Of a stretch of 32,000 bases of DNA, positions 1 to 11,042 are shown piece by piece. The position numbers and the translations under genes are program-made. The notes beneath the pieces were generated by a model. The model was given only the letters and a program-made list of their open reading frames with translations. It made no database searches and was not told the origin of the DNA. Source of the DNA: Pasteurella multocida (GTDB lineage: Bacteria > Pseudomonadota > Gammaproteobacteria > Enterobacterales > Pasteurellaceae). Numbering within the stretch: position 1 is the stretch's first letter; each line of letters opens with the position of its first letter. Where the stretch lies: assembly GCF_900187275.1 (NCBI RefSeq), contig NZ_LT906458.1:660001-692000 (forward strand), given 5' to 3'.

Positions 1-3000
1 CGTAAAGCCTTCCAAGATATGGAAAGCGCCTTGCGTGAAAACCGCATGACGCTTGAAGCCATTAAAGTGACGCAAGCCGATCGTGATTTATTTAAGCATT
101 TGATTACCGAAACGTCAAACTATGTGGCATCGGATTATATGCGCCATGCTAATGAACGTCGCGGTAACATTGAAAGTGCGGTGCGTTTCCGCCAAGATTG
201 GTATCGTGCGCGCACAGAACAGCATTTGTCACAACAACGTTTAGTCGAATTAAGTCGCGAAGCGGCAGAATTGGCCGAGAATGAAAAAACGTTAGAAGTA
301 GATCATCAAAGTGCAGTGGATTACTTGAACTTAGTGCTGAATGCGCTACGTCACCAAGAAAAAATCGCTCGTTATCAAGATGATGTGGCTGAAATTACGG
401 CGCGTTTAGAAGAACAGAAAATGGTGGTTGAAACGGCAACAGAACAACTTGAGGAAAGCCAAGTACAGGTTGAGCAGGTTGAACAAGAAGTAGATCAGAT
501 CCGTGCCCAATTAGCCGACTATCAACAAGCCTTAGATGCACAACAAACCCGTGCATTACAATATCAACAAGCGATTGCAGCGCTTGAAAAAGCCAAAACA
601 CTGTGTGGTTTAGCTGATTTAGGCGTAAAAAATGTTGAAGCTTATCACGATGAGTTTGCAGCACATGCTGAAAGTCTTACTGAGCAAGTGCTTGAATTAG
701 AACAAAAAATGTCAATTTCTGATGCAGCAAAATCACAATTTGATAAGGCTTATCAATTAGTTTGTAAAGTTGCAGGTGAGATTCCACGTTCTACAGCCTT
801 TGAACAAGCGAAAGTGCTCTTACGTGAATACCCAACACAAAAAGTACAAGCACAACAAACGCCTCAATTGCGTGCAAAATTACATGAATTAGAACAGCGC
901 TATGCACAACAACAAAGTGCGGTGCGTTTGTTAAAAGAATTTAATCAACGTGCAAATGTCAGCTTAGAAGATGCTGAGGCGTTGGAAGCCTACCATGCTG
1001 AACAAGAAGCTTTGCTCGAAGATGTCAGTGCAGAATTATCCGAACAAGTTGAACAACGTTCAACCTTGCGTCAAAAACGTGAGCAACTCACCGCACTTTA
1101 TCAGGATAATGCAAAAAAAGCGCCTGCTTGGTTAACCGCACAAGCCGCTTTAGAGCGTTTACAAGATCAAAGTGGGGAAACCTTTGCAGACAGTCAAGAT
1201 GTGATGCAATTTATGCAGGCACAATTGGTGAAAGAGCGTGAGTTAACCATTGAACGTGATCAGCTTGAACAACAACGTCAACAATTAGAAGCCCAAATTT
1301 CTCGTTTGAGCCAACCAGATGGGTCAGAAGATGCGCGCTTAAATGTGTTGGCTGAACGTTTTGGTGGGGTCTTGCTTTCCGAATTGTATGATGATGTACC
1401 GATTGAAGATGCCCCTTATTTCTCTGCCTTATATGGTCCGGCACGCCATGCCATTGTTGTACGTGATTTAGACGCGGTAAAAGGACAATTAGCTCAGCTT
1501 GAAGAATGCCCAGATGATTTATATTTAATCGAGGGTGACCCAACCGCTTTTGATGATAGCGTGCTTTCTGCCCAAGAATTAGCGCATGGTGTCGTTGTAC
1601 AGGTCTCTGATCGAGAATTACGTTACTCTAAATTCCCTGAGATTCCATTATTTGGTCGAGCTGCACGCGAGCAATATTTAGAGGCATTACAGCAACAACG
1701 TGATGACGTGACAGAGCAGCATGCACAACGTGCGTTTGATGTACAAAAATGTCAGCGTTTACACGAACATTTCAGTCAATTTGTCGGGCTACATTTAGCG
1801 CTCGCGTTCCAGCCAAATCCTGAAGAGGTGATGGCGGAAATTCAGCAACAACGCAATGAGATTGAGCGTGAATTAAATCAATTTGTGACGACGGAACAAC
1901 AATTGCGTATTCAATTAGACCATGCAAAAGAAAAAATGCAGTTGTTGAATAAGTTAATTCCGCAATTAAATCTGATTGCGGATGAAAGTTTGATTGATCG
2001 TGTAGAAGAGTGCCGTGAGCAACTAGATATTGCAGAACAAGATGAGTTATTTATTCGTCAATATGGCGCGACGTTGTCACAATTAGAACCTATTGCGAAC
2101 ACATTACAAAGTGACCCAGAACATTATGAACGCTTAAAAGCCGATTATGAACAGGCGATTTCACAGCAAAAACAAGTGCAACAACGCTTATTTGCATTAG
2201 CAGATGTATTACAACGTAAAGCGCATTTTGCTTATAAAGAGCGTGTTCAAACAGAAAACACCGATTTAAATGAACAATTACGCGCTAAGTTAGACAGTTT
2301 GCAACAACAACGTGAAGTGCAAAAAGCGCAGTTACAACAAAAGCAGCAGCAATTTACCAATTACAATCGTGTGTATATTGAGCTACAAACCTCGTTCAAT
2401 AACAAAATGCAAATGCTACAAGAGTTATTGCAAGAAGTTGGCGAATTAGGTGTACGAGCCGATCAAGGGGCAGAAGAACGTGCCAAACAACGTCGTGATG
2501 AATTACATCAAGTCTTATCGGATACACGTCAACGTCGTCACCATGTAGAGAAACAATTAACCTTAATTGAAAGTGAAGCGCAAAGTTTAAATGCACGTAT
2601 TCGTAAGGCGGAACGTGATTACAAAACACAACGCGAACTGGTGGTTGCCGCGAAAGTGAGCTGGTGTGTCGTCATGCGTTTATCGCGCGGTAGCGACGTG
2701 GAAAAACGCTTAAATCGTCGTGAATTTGCCTACTTATCTGCTGATGAATTGCGTTCTATGTCGGATAAAGCCCTTGGTGCATTACGTACGGCAGTCGCGG
2801 ATAATGAATATTTACGTGATAGTTTGCGTTTGTCTGAAGATAATCGTAAGCCAGAAAATAAAGTGCGTTTCTTTATTGCCGTCTATCAACATTTGCGTGA
2901 ACGTATTCGCCAAGACATTATTAAAACCGATGATCCAATCGATGCGATTGAGCAAATGGAAATTGAGCTTTCACGCTTAACAGATGAACTTACTCGCCGT

Positions 3001-3729
3001 GAACAGAAATTGGCGATCAGTTCTGAAAGTGTGGCAAATATCATGCATAAAACGATTCAGCGTGAACAAAACCGTATTCGTATGTTAAATCAAGGGCTAC
3101 AAAATATTGCCTTTGGTCAAGTCAAATCGGTTCGTCTCGTGGTCAATATTCGGGATACCCATGCGATGTTGCTTGACGCGTTATCGGGCACCCAAGAGGA
3201 ATACCAAGATTTATTTACTGATCAGCGTATGACCTTCTCGGAAGCAATCGCTAAGTTGTATCAGCGTTTAAACCCGCATATTGATATGGGGCAACGTACT
3301 GCGCAAACCATTGGAGAGGAGCTACTAGATTACCGTAATTATCTCGATCTGGAAGTGGAAGTGTATCGTGGCGCAGACGGTTGGTTACGTGCAGAAAGTG
3401 GTGCCTTATCAACGGGTGAAGCGATTGGTACCGGTATGTCGATTCTGTTAATGGTGGTACAAAGCTGGGAAGAAGAATCGCGCCGTATTCGCGGTAAAGA
3501 TATTGTGCCGTGTCGCTTGTTATTCTTAGATGAAGCCGCGCGTTTGGATGCAAAATCCATTTCCACCTTGTTTGAATTGTGCGAGCGTTTAGATATGCAA
3601 TTATTGATCGCCGCGCCTGAAAACATCAGCCCAGAAAAAGGCACAACCTATAAACTGGTACGTAAAATCGCCGGCAACCAAGAACATGTGCATGTGGTTG
3701 GTTTACGTGGTTTTGGCGCAACAGCCTAG
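1..3729 (+). CDS. mukB: Chromosome partition protein MukB, C-terminal ~1240 aa (5' end lies left of the window)
   Basis: Open frame from base 1 (listed ORF 19..3729). Long coiled-coil protein with hinge region and C-terminal ABC/SMC-like ATPase motifs ([28 protein letters not shown]...[12 protein letters not shown]). Confidence 0.96.
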   Translation, partial: RKAFQDMESALRENRMTLEAIKVTQADRDLFKHLITETSNYVASDYMRHANERRGNIESAVRFRQDWYRARTEQHLSQQRLVELSREAAELAENEKTLEVDHQSAVDYLNLVLNALRHQEKIARYQDDVAEITARLEEQKMVVETATEQLEESQVQVEQVEQEVDQIRAQLADYQQALDAQQTRALQYQQAIAALEKAKTLCGLADLGVKNVEAYHDEFAAHAESLTEQVLELEQKMSISDAAKSQFDKAYQLVCKVAGEIPRSTAFEQAKVLLREYPTQKVQAQQTPQLRAKLHELEQRYAQQQSAVRLLKEFNQRANVSLEDAEALEAYHAEQEALLEDVSAELSEQVEQRSTLRQKREQLTALYQDNAKKAPAWLTAQAALERLQDQSGETFADSQDVMQFMQAQLVKERELTIERDQLEQQRQQLEAQISRLSQPDGSEDARLNVLAERFGGVLLSELYDDVPIEDAPYFSALYGPARHAIVVRDLDAVKGQLAQLEECPDDLYLIEGDPTAFDDSVLSAQELAHGVVVQVSDRELRYSKFPEIPLFGRAAREQYLEALQQQRDDVTEQHAQRAFDVQKCQRLHEHFSQFVGLHLALAFQPNPEEVMAEIQQQRNEIERELNQFVTTEQQLRIQLDHAKEKMQLLNKLIPQLNLIADESLIDRVEECREQLDIAEQDELFIRQYGATLSQLEPIANTLQSDPEHYERLKADYEQAISQQKQVQQRLFALADVLQRKAHFAYKERVQTENTDLNEQLRAKLDSLQQQREVQKAQLQQKQQQFTNYNRVYIELQTSFNNKMQMLQELLQEVGELGVRADQGAEERAKQRRDELHQVLSDTRQRRHHVEKQLTLIESEAQSLNARIRKAERDYKTQRELVVAAKVSWCVVMRLSRGSDVEKRLNRREFAYLSADELRSMSDKALGALRTAVADNEYLRDSLRLSEDNRKPENKVRFFIAVYQHLRERIRQDIIKTDDPIDAIEQMEIELSRLTDELTRREQKLAISSESVANIMHKTIQREQNRIRMLNQGLQNIAFGQVKSVRLVVNIRDTHAMLLDALSGTQEEYQDLFTDQRMTFSEAIAKLYQRLNPHIDMGQRTAQTIGEELLDYRNYLDLEVEVYRGADGWLRAESGALSTGEAIGTGMSILLMVVQSWEEESRRIRGKDIVPCRLLFLDEAARLDAKSISTLFELCERLDMQLLIAAPENISPEKGTTYKLVRKIAGNQEHVHVVGLRGFGATA

Positions 3730-3743
3730 TTAAAAAAGAAAGA

Positions 3744-3787
3744 AAAAGTGCGGTCAATTTATTGAATATTTTGACCGCACTTTTTTA
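3744..3787 (+). terminator. Rho-independent terminator of mukB built from an inverted pair of uptake signal sequences
   Basis: AAAAAGTGCGGTCAA-tttattgaatatt-TTGACCGCACTTTTTT just after the mukB stop. Confidence 0.85.
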
Positions 3788-3856
3788 TCTCGTCATCGAG
3801 GAAGATTATTTTTGAGTGACGACAGCAGGGATTCATTTTTAGCGGAAATAAAAAGG

Positions 3857-3866
3857 GTGTTATAAT
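3857..3866 (+). promoter_or_regulatory. Putative extended -10 promoter for the transporter gene
   Basis: TGTTATAAT: perfect TATAAT at 3861-3866 with an upstream TGn, 31 bp before ATG 3897. The -35 is weak. Confidence 0.5.
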
Positions 3867-3896
3867 CCGCCGTTCATTTTTTTAAGGAAAAATAAT

Positions 3897-4763
3897 ATGC
3901 ATCATCTTATCATTGCTGTCCTTTGTAGCGTGGCAGTATCCGTGTTGCTTAAAGTGGCACGTAAGAAAAACATTGTGATTCAACAAGCGATTGCCTTTAA
4001 TTATATTGTCGCGCTGAGCTTAAGCTATTTCTTATTAAAGCCTGATTTTAAAGGGTTAGGCTTTTCGGAATTTGTGGCGCAAAGTGACAACGCGCCGGTG
4101 TTCTTTGCTTTAGGAATTTTATTGCCGACAGTTTTTATTGTCATGTCGAAGGCGGTAGAGTATGCGGGGATTGTGCGTTCTGACGCCGCACAACGTTTAT
4201 CATTATTTTTACCCATTGTGGCCGCCTTTGTGATTTTTGGTGAACAACTGAGCTCAGCACGTTTAATGGGTATCATTCTGGCATTTGTCGCGTTATTTTG
4301 CTTATTAAATAAACCTACTGATACAGAAAGCAACTTAAAAGGGGTAGTCAGTTTAATTCTGGTTTGGTTCGGCTACGGCATTATTGACATTCTGTTTAAA
4401 CAAGTGGCGAAAAGTGGCGGGGCTTTCCCAGCAACCCTGTTTATTTCCTTTGTGCTTGCGGCATGTGTAATGTTTGGTTATTTATTATTGAAACGTGAAG
4501 TTTGGACCGTGCCAAGTTTTATTGGCGGAATAATTTTAGGTGGTCTAAACTTTATGAATATTTTGTTCTATATTAAAGCACACCAAAGTTTTAATGATAA
4601 TCCAACATTGGTATTTGCCGGCATGAATATTGGTGTGATTTGCTTAGGAACGATCACCGGCGCCTTGGTTTTTAAAGAAAAAATAAGTAAAATCAATGGG
4701 GTAGGTATCGCTATCGGCATTAGTGCTATTTTCTGTCTTTTCTATTTAGATAAATTACTTTAA
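3897..4763 (+). CDS. EamA/DMT-type multi-spanning membrane transporter
   Basis: 288 aa with about ten hydrophobic segments and an internal repeat typical of EamA proteins. AAGGAAA ribosome-binding site upstream. Confidence 0.75.
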   Translation: MHHLIIAVLCSVAVSVLLKVARKKNIVIQQAIAFNYIVALSLSYFLLKPDFKGLGFSEFVAQSDNAPVFFALGILLPTVFIVMSKAVEYAGIVRSDAAQRLSLFLPIVAAFVIFGEQLSSARLMGIILAFVALFCLLNKPTDTESNLKGVVSLILVWFGYGIIDILFKQVAKSGGAFPATLFISFVLAACVMFGYLLLKREVWTVPSFIGGIILGGLNFMNILFYIKAHQSFNDNPTLVFAGMNIGVICLGTITGALVFKEKISKINGVGIAIGISAIFCLFYLDKLL

Positions 4764-4785
4764 CCACAGTTTCGGATAACAACAG

Positions 4786-4809
4786 CCGCACAAAAGTGCG
4801 GTTTGTTTT
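4786..4809 (+). terminator. Short hairpin terminator containing an uptake signal sequence
   Basis: CCGCAC-AAAA-GTGCGG followed by TTTGTTTTTT. USS core AAGTGCGGT is at 4794-4802. Confidence 0.6.
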
Positions 4810-4828
4810 TTCTGAATTTTATTGATTA

Positions 4829-4837
4829 TGCTAGAAT
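4829..4837 (+). promoter_or_regulatory. Putative extended -10 promoter for sbcB
   Basis: TGCTAGAAT, 28 bp upstream of ATG 4865. No strong -35. Confidence 0.35.
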
Positions 4838-4864
4838 GACGTTTATTTGTTATTGAGTACGATT

Positions 4865-6292
4865 ATGTCCACATCACCTGATTTTAGCTTTTTCATTTAT
4901 GATTATGAGAGTTTTGGCGTTGACCCCGCTTCTGATCGTCCCGCTCAATTCGCTGGTATTCGCACTGACATTAATTTCAATATCATCAGTGACCCTGTCA
5001 TGTTTTATTGTAAACAAACCAATGATTATTTACCCGCGCCTGAAGCGGTTTTAGTCACAGGGATTACACCACAAGAATGTAATGAGAAGGGGATTCCTGA
5101 ACCAGAGTTTGCGGAACGCATTTTGCAAGAGTTCAGTCGTCCAAATACGTGTGTGATGGGATTTAATAATATTCGTTATGATGATGAAATGACACGCTAT
5201 ACCTTTTATCGCAATTTCATTGATCCCTATGAATATAGCTGGAAAAATGGCAATTCACGTTGGGATTTATTGGATTTGGTCCGTGCTTGCTATGCTTTAC
5301 GCCCAGAAGGTATTAATTGGGCTTATGATGAAGAAGGGATGCCGTCATTTCGTTTAGAGAAATTGACTAAAGCCAATGGCATTGAACATAGCAATGCACA
5401 TGATGCAATGGCGGATGTATATGCCACCATTGCGATGGCAAAACTGATTAAAGAAAAACAACCCAAATTATTTCAATATTTCTTTGAAAATCGCGGTAAA
5501 AAAGAAGTTGAGAAACTGATTGATACTGCAAATCTGACGCCATTGGTTCATGTTTCAGGTATGCTTGGTAATCATCGTGGTAATACTACCTGGATTGTGC
5601 CTTTAGCCTGGCATCCGACTAATCAAAATGCGGTCATTTGTTGTGACTTAGCCGCAAATATAACAGATTTACTCAATAAAGATGCCAACGAATTACGTCA
5701 AAATCTTTATACTCCTAAAGCTGAATTAATTGAAAAGGGGATTTTACCGGTACCATTAAAATTGGTGCACATTAATAAGTGTCCAATTCTTGCGCCTGCT
5801 AAAACCTTATTACCTGAAAATGCAGCGCGGTTAGGTATTGATCGTACATTTTGTTTGGAAAACTTACAGCGCCTCAAATTATCGCTATCTATTCGTGACA
5901 AGGTCACTGAAATTTTCAATGAAGAACGGCATTTTACCCCAAGCATCAATGTAGAAACAGAACTGTATAATGGGTTCTTTGATTACAATGATAAAAACAA
6001 CATGGCGATTTTACGTCATTTACCAGAAGAAAAGCTGGCCGAGCATGGTTTAGCGTTTAAAGATGCGCGTATCCCCAAATTATTATTCCATTATCGGGCA
6101 AGACATTATTTTAATAGCTTAACTCGCGCAGAACAAATTCAATGGCAAAAGTACCGTCATAAAAAGTTGGATCAAGTTGCACTGCAATTTGAGCAGAGTT
6201 TACAACGTTTAATCGCAGAGAATAGTGAAAATCCGACTAATTTAACCTTATTACAAAAAGTCTATGAGTATGGCGCAAAAATATTAGCCTAA
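4865..6292 (+). CDS. sbcB: Exodeoxyribonuclease I
   Basis: DnaQ-like 3'-5' exonuclease start (FFIYDYESFGVDPASDRPAQFAGIRTD), VMGFNNIRYDDEMTRYTFYRN motif and EHSNAHDAMADVYATIAMA motif. The ORF track starts at TTG 4847, but ATG 4865 is the likelier start. Confidence 0.95.
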   Translation: MSTSPDFSFFIYDYESFGVDPASDRPAQFAGIRTDINFNIISDPVMFYCKQTNDYLPAPEAVLVTGITPQECNEKGIPEPEFAERILQEFSRPNTCVMGFNNIRYDDEMTRYTFYRNFIDPYEYSWKNGNSRWDLLDLVRACYALRPEGINWAYDEEGMPSFRLEKLTKANGIEHSNAHDAMADVYATIAMAKLIKEKQPKLFQYFFENRGKKEVEKLIDTANLTPLVHVSGMLGNHRGNTTWIVPLAWHPTNQNAVICCDLAANITDLLNKDANELRQNLYTPKAELIEKGILPVPLKLVHINKCPILAPAKTLLPENAARLGIDRTFCLENLQRLKLSLSIRDKVTEIFNEERHFTPSINVETELYNGFFDYNDKNNMAILRHLPEEKLAEHGLAFKDARIPKLLFHYRARHYFNSLTRAEQIQWQKYRHKKLDQVALQFEQSLQRLIAENSENPTNLTLLQKVYEYGAKILA

Positions 6293-6371
6293 ATAGGTTG
6301 TCGAGCGTTAATTTTTGCTTAGCTTACTGCACAAATCATTTCAGATTTCACGTAGCGCGATCAATAAAAAT

Positions 6372-6408
6372 AAAGTCATGGAGAAGTTAATCCGTGGCTT
6401 TTTTTATT
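6372..6408 (+). terminator. Rho-independent terminator downstream of sbcB
   Basis: AAAGTCATGG-agaagttaat-CCGTGGCTTT, a 10-bp stem with 2 G-U pairs, followed by a T-rich run. Confidence 0.65.
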
Positions 6409-6598
6409 TATTTTGAAAGTTACTTTTTATTTCATCTTTAATTTTGCCTGACAATAGTATTATTACCGTTCATAACTCAAAAATGTTGATGTGACAACGC
6501 ACATCATTTCCTTATTTCATCTTGCTTAAGTAGTAAAAGTGATCTGTGTATAAGTCTGTGATTTATTTATATCGTAGTGTTCATTAACTTTGTAACTA

Positions 6599-6626
6599 AC
6601 TTCGCATAATGTATATTATGTTAAAT
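6599..6626 (+). other. dif: Chromosome dimer resolution site dif (XerC/XerD recombination site)
   Basis: ACTTCGCATAA-TGTATA-TTATGTTAAAT. Matches the E. coli dif GGTGCGCATAATGTATATTATGTTAAAT at 25 of 28 positions. The central hexamer and XerD arm are identical, and differences are confined to the outer XerC arm. Confidence 0.92.
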
Positions 6627-7064
6627 TAAATAGAAAAGTGACAAGTAGATTTAACGTGACATGCTCACTCGTGAATGCATGCACTATTCTGTTATTTTTA
6701 TGTGTAGTTTTTTGGAAGGGAAATATTTTATGATGAGTTATATTTTTTCTTTTCTTTAAAAAGAAATGCTATCTCTTCTACGATTGGAATAATTTCTTCT
6801 TATTTCATCACGGCAATTTAAATCAAAATAAGAATATAAATTTATTGTGGTAACGCTACGTGAAATCTGAGTTTTTTTAGGTAGAATAATACTCAGAAAG
6901 TAAAAAAGAATGTTATATGGAAAACGTCATTTTATGCTTATGATAAAAAACATGCTCCAAATTAACTTCCTTTAATTATGCCTATTTTCTTTTAAAACAA
7001 GGGATTTGTTGCCATTGAGATGTATTATCTTCAATGGTTAATACAGAAAAGTGTTAACAAAAAT

Positions 7065-7094
7065 TTGACATTTTAGGTTAAAAAATAATAAGAT
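7065..7094 (+). promoter_or_regulatory. Putative sigma-70 promoter for the yqjD-like gene
   Basis: Perfect TTGACA at 7065-7070, 18-bp spacer, TAAGAT at 7089-7094. Confidence 0.45.
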
Positions 7095-7156
7095 GAAGTG
7101 GTCTAGCCAGAATCCCCTCGTTAGATTTACCACATTTAGTAGGAGAATTTACAAGA

Positions 7157-7468
7157 ATGAGTAAAGAATTCGATAAAAAACGTGATGAATTATTAAGTGA
7201 GATTCGTGAGATCTTAGATAATGCAGAAGAGCTATTCGATGAAAAATCTAAAGCCAGTGTGGATGAATTAAAAAAACTGAAATCGAATCTGGATTCACGT
7301 GTTTCTAAATTACAGAAACAATTTGGCGCATTAAAGGATGATGCTGTTGCTGGTACGAAAGAAGTGATTAAACAAACTGACGAGTTAGTCCAAGATAATC
7401 CTTATAAAGCAATTGGGGTTGCTGGTGTTATTGGATTATTATTAGGCGTTTTAATCTCTAAGAAATAA
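7157..7468 (+). CDS. DUF883/ElaB-YqjD family membrane-anchored protein
   Basis: Amphipathic helical N-terminus, then NPYKAIGVAGVIGLLLGVLISKK. TAGGAGA ribosome-binding site upstream. Confidence 0.85.
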   Translation: MSKEFDKKRDELLSEIREILDNAEELFDEKSKASVDELKKLKSNLDSRVSKLQKQFGALKDDAVAGTKEVIKQTDELVQDNPYKAIGVAGVIGLLLGVLISKK

Positions 7469-7476
7469 CGTTTTGC

Positions 7477-7516
7477 AATTGTAAAAGGCTACACCATGTA
7501 GCCTTTTCTTACAATT
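7477..7516 (+). terminator. Terminator between the yqjD-like and yqjE-like genes
   Basis: AAAAGGCTAC-accat-GTAGCCTTTT nested inside outer ATTGTAA/TTACAAT arms. Confidence 0.8.
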
Positions 7517-7526
7517 AGGACGATAA

Positions 7527-7919
7527 ATGCAAATTTTACAGAAAATCAAAAACATCACCCTCACCTCTCTTGAACTTATTCATGTGCGTTTAGACATGGC
7601 AAGAATTGAGTTAGTGGAGCAAAAGAATTTTTTAATCACGTTATTGAGTGCATTATTTGTGATTTTTATTCTTTTGTTGGTGTCATTTATCAGTTTATTA
7701 TTTGGGTTAAATTCGCTACTTGATCCTGAAATCAAACAAATTGTTTTTTTTGCCATTAGTGCGGGCGCATTTTTCCTGATTTTGATTTTATTACTGCTCA
7801 TGCGAAAGATTCTAAAGAAACAGCGTAATTTTATGGTGGATACTTTAACTGAAGTAAAACATGATATCCAAGCGATAAAAGGTGCACTTGGCTCCCCTTC
7901 AAGTAAAGATCAAGAGTAG
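7527..7919 (+). CDS. YqjE / phage-holin-III-like membrane protein
   Basis: 130 aa with two long hydrophobic segments. Directly downstream of the yqjD-like gene, as in the enterobacterial yqjDEK cluster. Confidence 0.7.
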   Translation: MQILQKIKNITLTSLELIHVRLDMARIELVEQKNFLITLLSALFVIFILLLVSFISLLFGLNSLLDPEIKQIVFFAISAGAFFLILILLLLMRKILKKQRNFMVDTLTEVKHDIQAIKGALGSPSSKDQE

Positions 7920-7931
7920 TAAGGAGCGTTT

Positions 7932-8210
7932 ATGAAAACAGAATTAGAGCAAGAAAAAGAATTATTGATGATGAAAGGTGATGCATTGCGTATGAAACTT
8001 TATGCGCAATCTAAACCAAAACAAGTCACTCCCCATTTTACATTTGCAGATTCACTTTCAATGATTGCTTCTTCACTGAATCAACCCGTTGTGCGTTCGT
8101 TAGCCGTGTCATTACTCAGTAAAAAATTATTGAGTTCTAAATTTTTAACTTACTCTGCTTTAGGCATGATTGCGCTTTATTTATTGAATCGAAACAATTC
8201 AACGGAATAA
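7932..8210 (+). CDS. Small YqjK-like protein
   Basis: 92 aa. Position after the yqjE-like gene, 12 bp gap, AAGGAG ribosome-binding site. Confidence 0.5.
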   Translation: MKTELEQEKELLMMKGDALRMKLYAQSKPKQVTPHFTFADSLSMIASSLNQPVVRSLAVSLLSKKLLSSKFLTYSALGMIALYLLNRNNSTE

Positions 8211-8225
8211 TCTCCCCTATAATGC

Positions 8226-8256
8226 AAAAGGCTAGAATGATTTCTAGCCTTTTTTC
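8226..8256. terminator. Bidirectional terminator between the yqjK-like gene and topA
   Basis: AAAAGGCTAGAA-tgat-TTCTAGCCTTTT, a perfect 12-bp stem between convergent genes, with T tract. Confidence 0.88.
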
Positions 8257-8275
8257 TTCTTGAAGTTTGTGTTGC

Positions 8276-10882
8276 TTATTTTTTTCGCTCTACCCACTGA
8301 TTACCAAGGTAATCCACAATCCATTTTGTTGCTTTACCATTCTTTTCAGAAGTAACATATTGACGTTTTTCTTTACGGCTAAAGCGCACAATAGCATCAT
8401 TACCTTCGGGATCATGTTGTGGTGCATCAGCTAAATAACGTAATTTTTCTGGCAAACGATCACGATATAATGCTAATTCAGCCACTTTCGGTGCGCGGGT
8501 TTCACGCGATTTTGGAAAATTATGAGCGGACATAAACACACCACTTGCCCCATCACGTAATACAAAATAAGCATCCGATTTTTCACATTTCAGTTCTGGG
8601 AAATGAGTCGGTTCTTCTTTTGGTGGTGCAACTTCCCCACTTTTTAGAATCTTACGGGTATTATCACAGCTGGTGCAGCCCATGTATTTACCAAAACGAC
8701 CCAATTTCAGATGCATGTCCGCACCGCATTTATCGCATTCGACAATCGGACCATCATAGCCTTTAATCTTGAAACTGCCCTGTTCTAACACATAACCATC
8801 ACAATTCGGATTATGCCCGCAAATATGAATTTTACGTTCTGGATCAATTAGATAACTGTCCATTGCTGTACCACATTTTGGACAGCGTTTACGTTCCATT
8901 AACGCCTTGGTTTCAGAAGCCTCATCTAACACATTGAGCAATTCAGCTTCTGGAATTAAGTTCATTGTAGTTTTACAGCGCTCTTTTGCTGGCAAGGCAT
9001 AACCACTGCAACCTAAAAACACCCCAGTACTTGCGGTGCGAATTGCCATTTTACGACCACAAGTTGGACAGTTAATATCGGTTGGGACTAAACTATTTGG
9101 TTTCATTCCACCTTCTAATTCATCCAGTTCCGCCTGGCTTAACTGTTGCGAAAAATCTTTAAAGAATTGATTAAGTTCGGTTTTCCAATTTTTCTCACCG
9201 TTCGCAATTTGGTCCAAGATGTTTTCCATATTGGCGGTGAAATCGTAATTCATCAACGCTGTGAAAGATTGATTTAAACGGTCAGTGACAATTTCGCCCA
9301 TTTTTTCGGCATAAAAACGACGATTTTCCACTCGTACATAGCCACGTTCTTGAATCGTTGAAATAATTGCTGCGTATGTAGAGGGACGCCCAATCCCACG
9401 TTTTTCAAGTTCTTTGACCAACGCCGCTTCACTAAAACGTGCTGGAGGTTTGGTAAATAACTGTTCGGGTAAAACATGCTCTAAATGCAATTTTTCATTC
9501 AGCTGCACATCTGGCAACACTTGATCTTCAGCATTTTTACTCATTGTAGGTAAGACTTTTGTCCAACCATCAAAACGTAAAATACGTCCTTTCGCTTTTA
9601 ATTCATACTCTCCCGCGCGAACCGTAACCGTTGTACTGTCATATTGCGCCGCTGGCATTTGGCAAGCGACAAACTGACGCCAAATCAGATCATATAAACG
9701 TACCGCATCTTTATCCATGCCTGTCAATTGCTCTGCTAATGTATTGACATCCGATGGACGAATTGCTTCATGAGCTTCTTGTGCATTTTCTTTACTTGAA
9801 TAAAACACAGGTTTGCTCGGCAAATAGCTTTCGCCATAATGTGATTGAATATAGCCACGCACCATCTTTAACGCATCTTGACTCAAATTCGTGGAGTCTG
9901 TACGCATATAGGTAATATAACCTGCTTCATATAAACGCTGTGCGAGCATCATGGTTTTCTTTACCCCAAACCCTAGACGTGTACTGGCGGTTTGCTGTAA
10001 TGTCGAGGTAATAAAAGGGGCCTTCGCTCGAGAATGGGTTGGTTTCGTTTCTAAATCGGAAACCACATAGTCAGCATGCTGTAAAAAATCTACCGCACTT
10101 TGTGCTTGCGTGGCATTTTTCGGCTCAAATTTTTTCCCTTTAAATTGGGTTACGGCTAAACGTAATGCTTGTTTCGCTTGCGTTTGCGTTAAAACGTCAA
10201 TTTCCCAATATTCTTCGGGCTGAAAGGCTTTAATTTCACGCTCACGTTCTACTACTAATTTGACAGCAACAGATTGAACACGCCCAGCAGATAAGCCTCG
10301 GGCTACTTTTTTCCATAATAAAGGCGACACCATAAAACCGACCACGCGGTCTAAAAAGCGACGGGTTTGTTGGGCATTTACACGATCTAAATTCAGTTGT
10401 TCTGGCTTTTCAAAGGCTTGTTGAATCGCGTTCTTCGTGATTTCGTTAAATACGACACGACTAAAACGTGCATCATCCCCCCCGATCACCTCACGCAAAT
10501 GCCAAGCAATGGCTTCTCCTTCTCTATCCAAATCGGTAGCAAGATAAATATGATCGGCTTTTTTGGCTAATGATTTTAATTCGGCAACCACTTTCTCTTT
10601 GCCGGGCAAAATTTGGTAATTGGCTTTCCATTGATGATAAGGGTCAATTCCCATACGTTTGACTAACGCATTGCGATCTTTTTCTTGCTTAATCGCGCTT
10701 TTTTCTTCCGCACTTAATCCTTTCGTGGAAATTGCTTTTGCTTTCTCACCATTACTTGAACCGACCGTAGGGAGATCACGGATATGGCCCACACTAGATT
10801 TAACAACATAATTACTGCCTAGATATTTATTAATGGTTTTTGCCTTTGCCGGCGACTCCACAATAACCAAGGATTTACTCAT
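8276..10882 (-). CDS. topA: DNA topoisomerase I
   Basis: [31 protein letters not shown] active site region, C-terminal tetracysteine zinc fingers. Start set to ATG 10882 rather than 10900. Confidence 0.97.
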   Translation of the reverse strand: MSKSLVIVESPAKAKTINKYLGSNYVVKSSVGHIRDLPTVGSSNGEKAKAISTKGLSAEEKSAIKQEKDRNALVKRMGIDPYHQWKANYQILPGKEKVVAELKSLAKKADHIYLATDLDREGEAIAWHLREVIGGDDARFSRVVFNEITKNAIQQAFEKPEQLNLDRVNAQQTRRFLDRVVGFMVSPLLWKKVARGLSAGRVQSVAVKLVVEREREIKAFQPEEYWEIDVLTQTQAKQALRLAVTQFKGKKFEPKNATQAQSAVDFLQHADYVVSDLETKPTHSRAKAPFITSTLQQTASTRLGFGVKKTMMLAQRLYEAGYITYMRTDSTNLSQDALKMVRGYIQSHYGESYLPSKPVFYSSKENAQEAHEAIRPSDVNTLAEQLTGMDKDAVRLYDLIWRQFVACQMPAAQYDSTTVTVRAGEYELKAKGRILRFDGWTKVLPTMSKNAEDQVLPDVQLNEKLHLEHVLPEQLFTKPPARFSEAALVKELEKRGIGRPSTYAAIISTIQERGYVRVENRRFYAEKMGEIVTDRLNQSFTALMNYDFTANMENILDQIANGEKNWKTELNQFFKDFSQQLSQAELDELEGGMKPNSLVPTDINCPTCGRKMAIRTASTGVFLGCSGYALPAKERCKTTMNLIPEAELLNVLDEASETKALMERKRCPKCGTAMDSYLIDPERKIHICGHNPNCDGYVLEQGSFKIKGYDGPIVECDKCGADMHLKLGRFGKYMGCTSCDNTRKILKSGEVAPPKEEPTHFPELKCEKSDAYFVLRDGASGVFMSAHNFPKSRETRAPKVAELALYRDRLPEKLRYLADAPQHDPEGNDAIVRFSRKEKRQYVTSEKNGKATKWIVDYLGNQWVERKK

Positions 10883-11042
10883 TCTCTTACCCAGTTTCAC
10901 TTAAATTTCTATAAAATAGTCGCTATATTGCTAACTATCTGCTTGTAGGTCAACTCTTTTTTTAAAAAATGACATATAAATGCCTAAACCCACCCCACTT
11001 TATCAAATGGCAATTGATAACAAATGATGGCGAGGCAACATC

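Noticed and set aside
395-3644. Antisense or overlapping ORFs within mukB (395..664, 1211..1543, 2396..2629, 2720..2980, 3251..3553, 3339..3644)
   Set aside because: Low-complexity translations lying wholly inside a confidently identified gene.
4025-5949. Antisense ORFs 4025..4333 and 5707..5949
   Set aside because: Shadow ORFs of the transporter and sbcB with no recognisable product.
6597-6626. Resemblance of TAACTTCGCATAATGTATATTATG to a loxP half-site
   Set aside because: The match to dif is far better (25/28) and the loxP right arm is absent. The resemblance is limited to the left arm and spacer.
6718-6760. Ribosome-binding-like GGAAGGG followed by ATGATGAGT, a possible small gene between dif and the yqjD-like gene
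   Set aside because: The frame closes after about 9 codons, with no support as a gene.
11000-11020. TTATCAA-atggcaa-TTGATAA inverted repeat downstream of rnm
   Set aside because: AT-only-rich 7-bp stem without a convincing U tract; too weak to call a terminator or operator.
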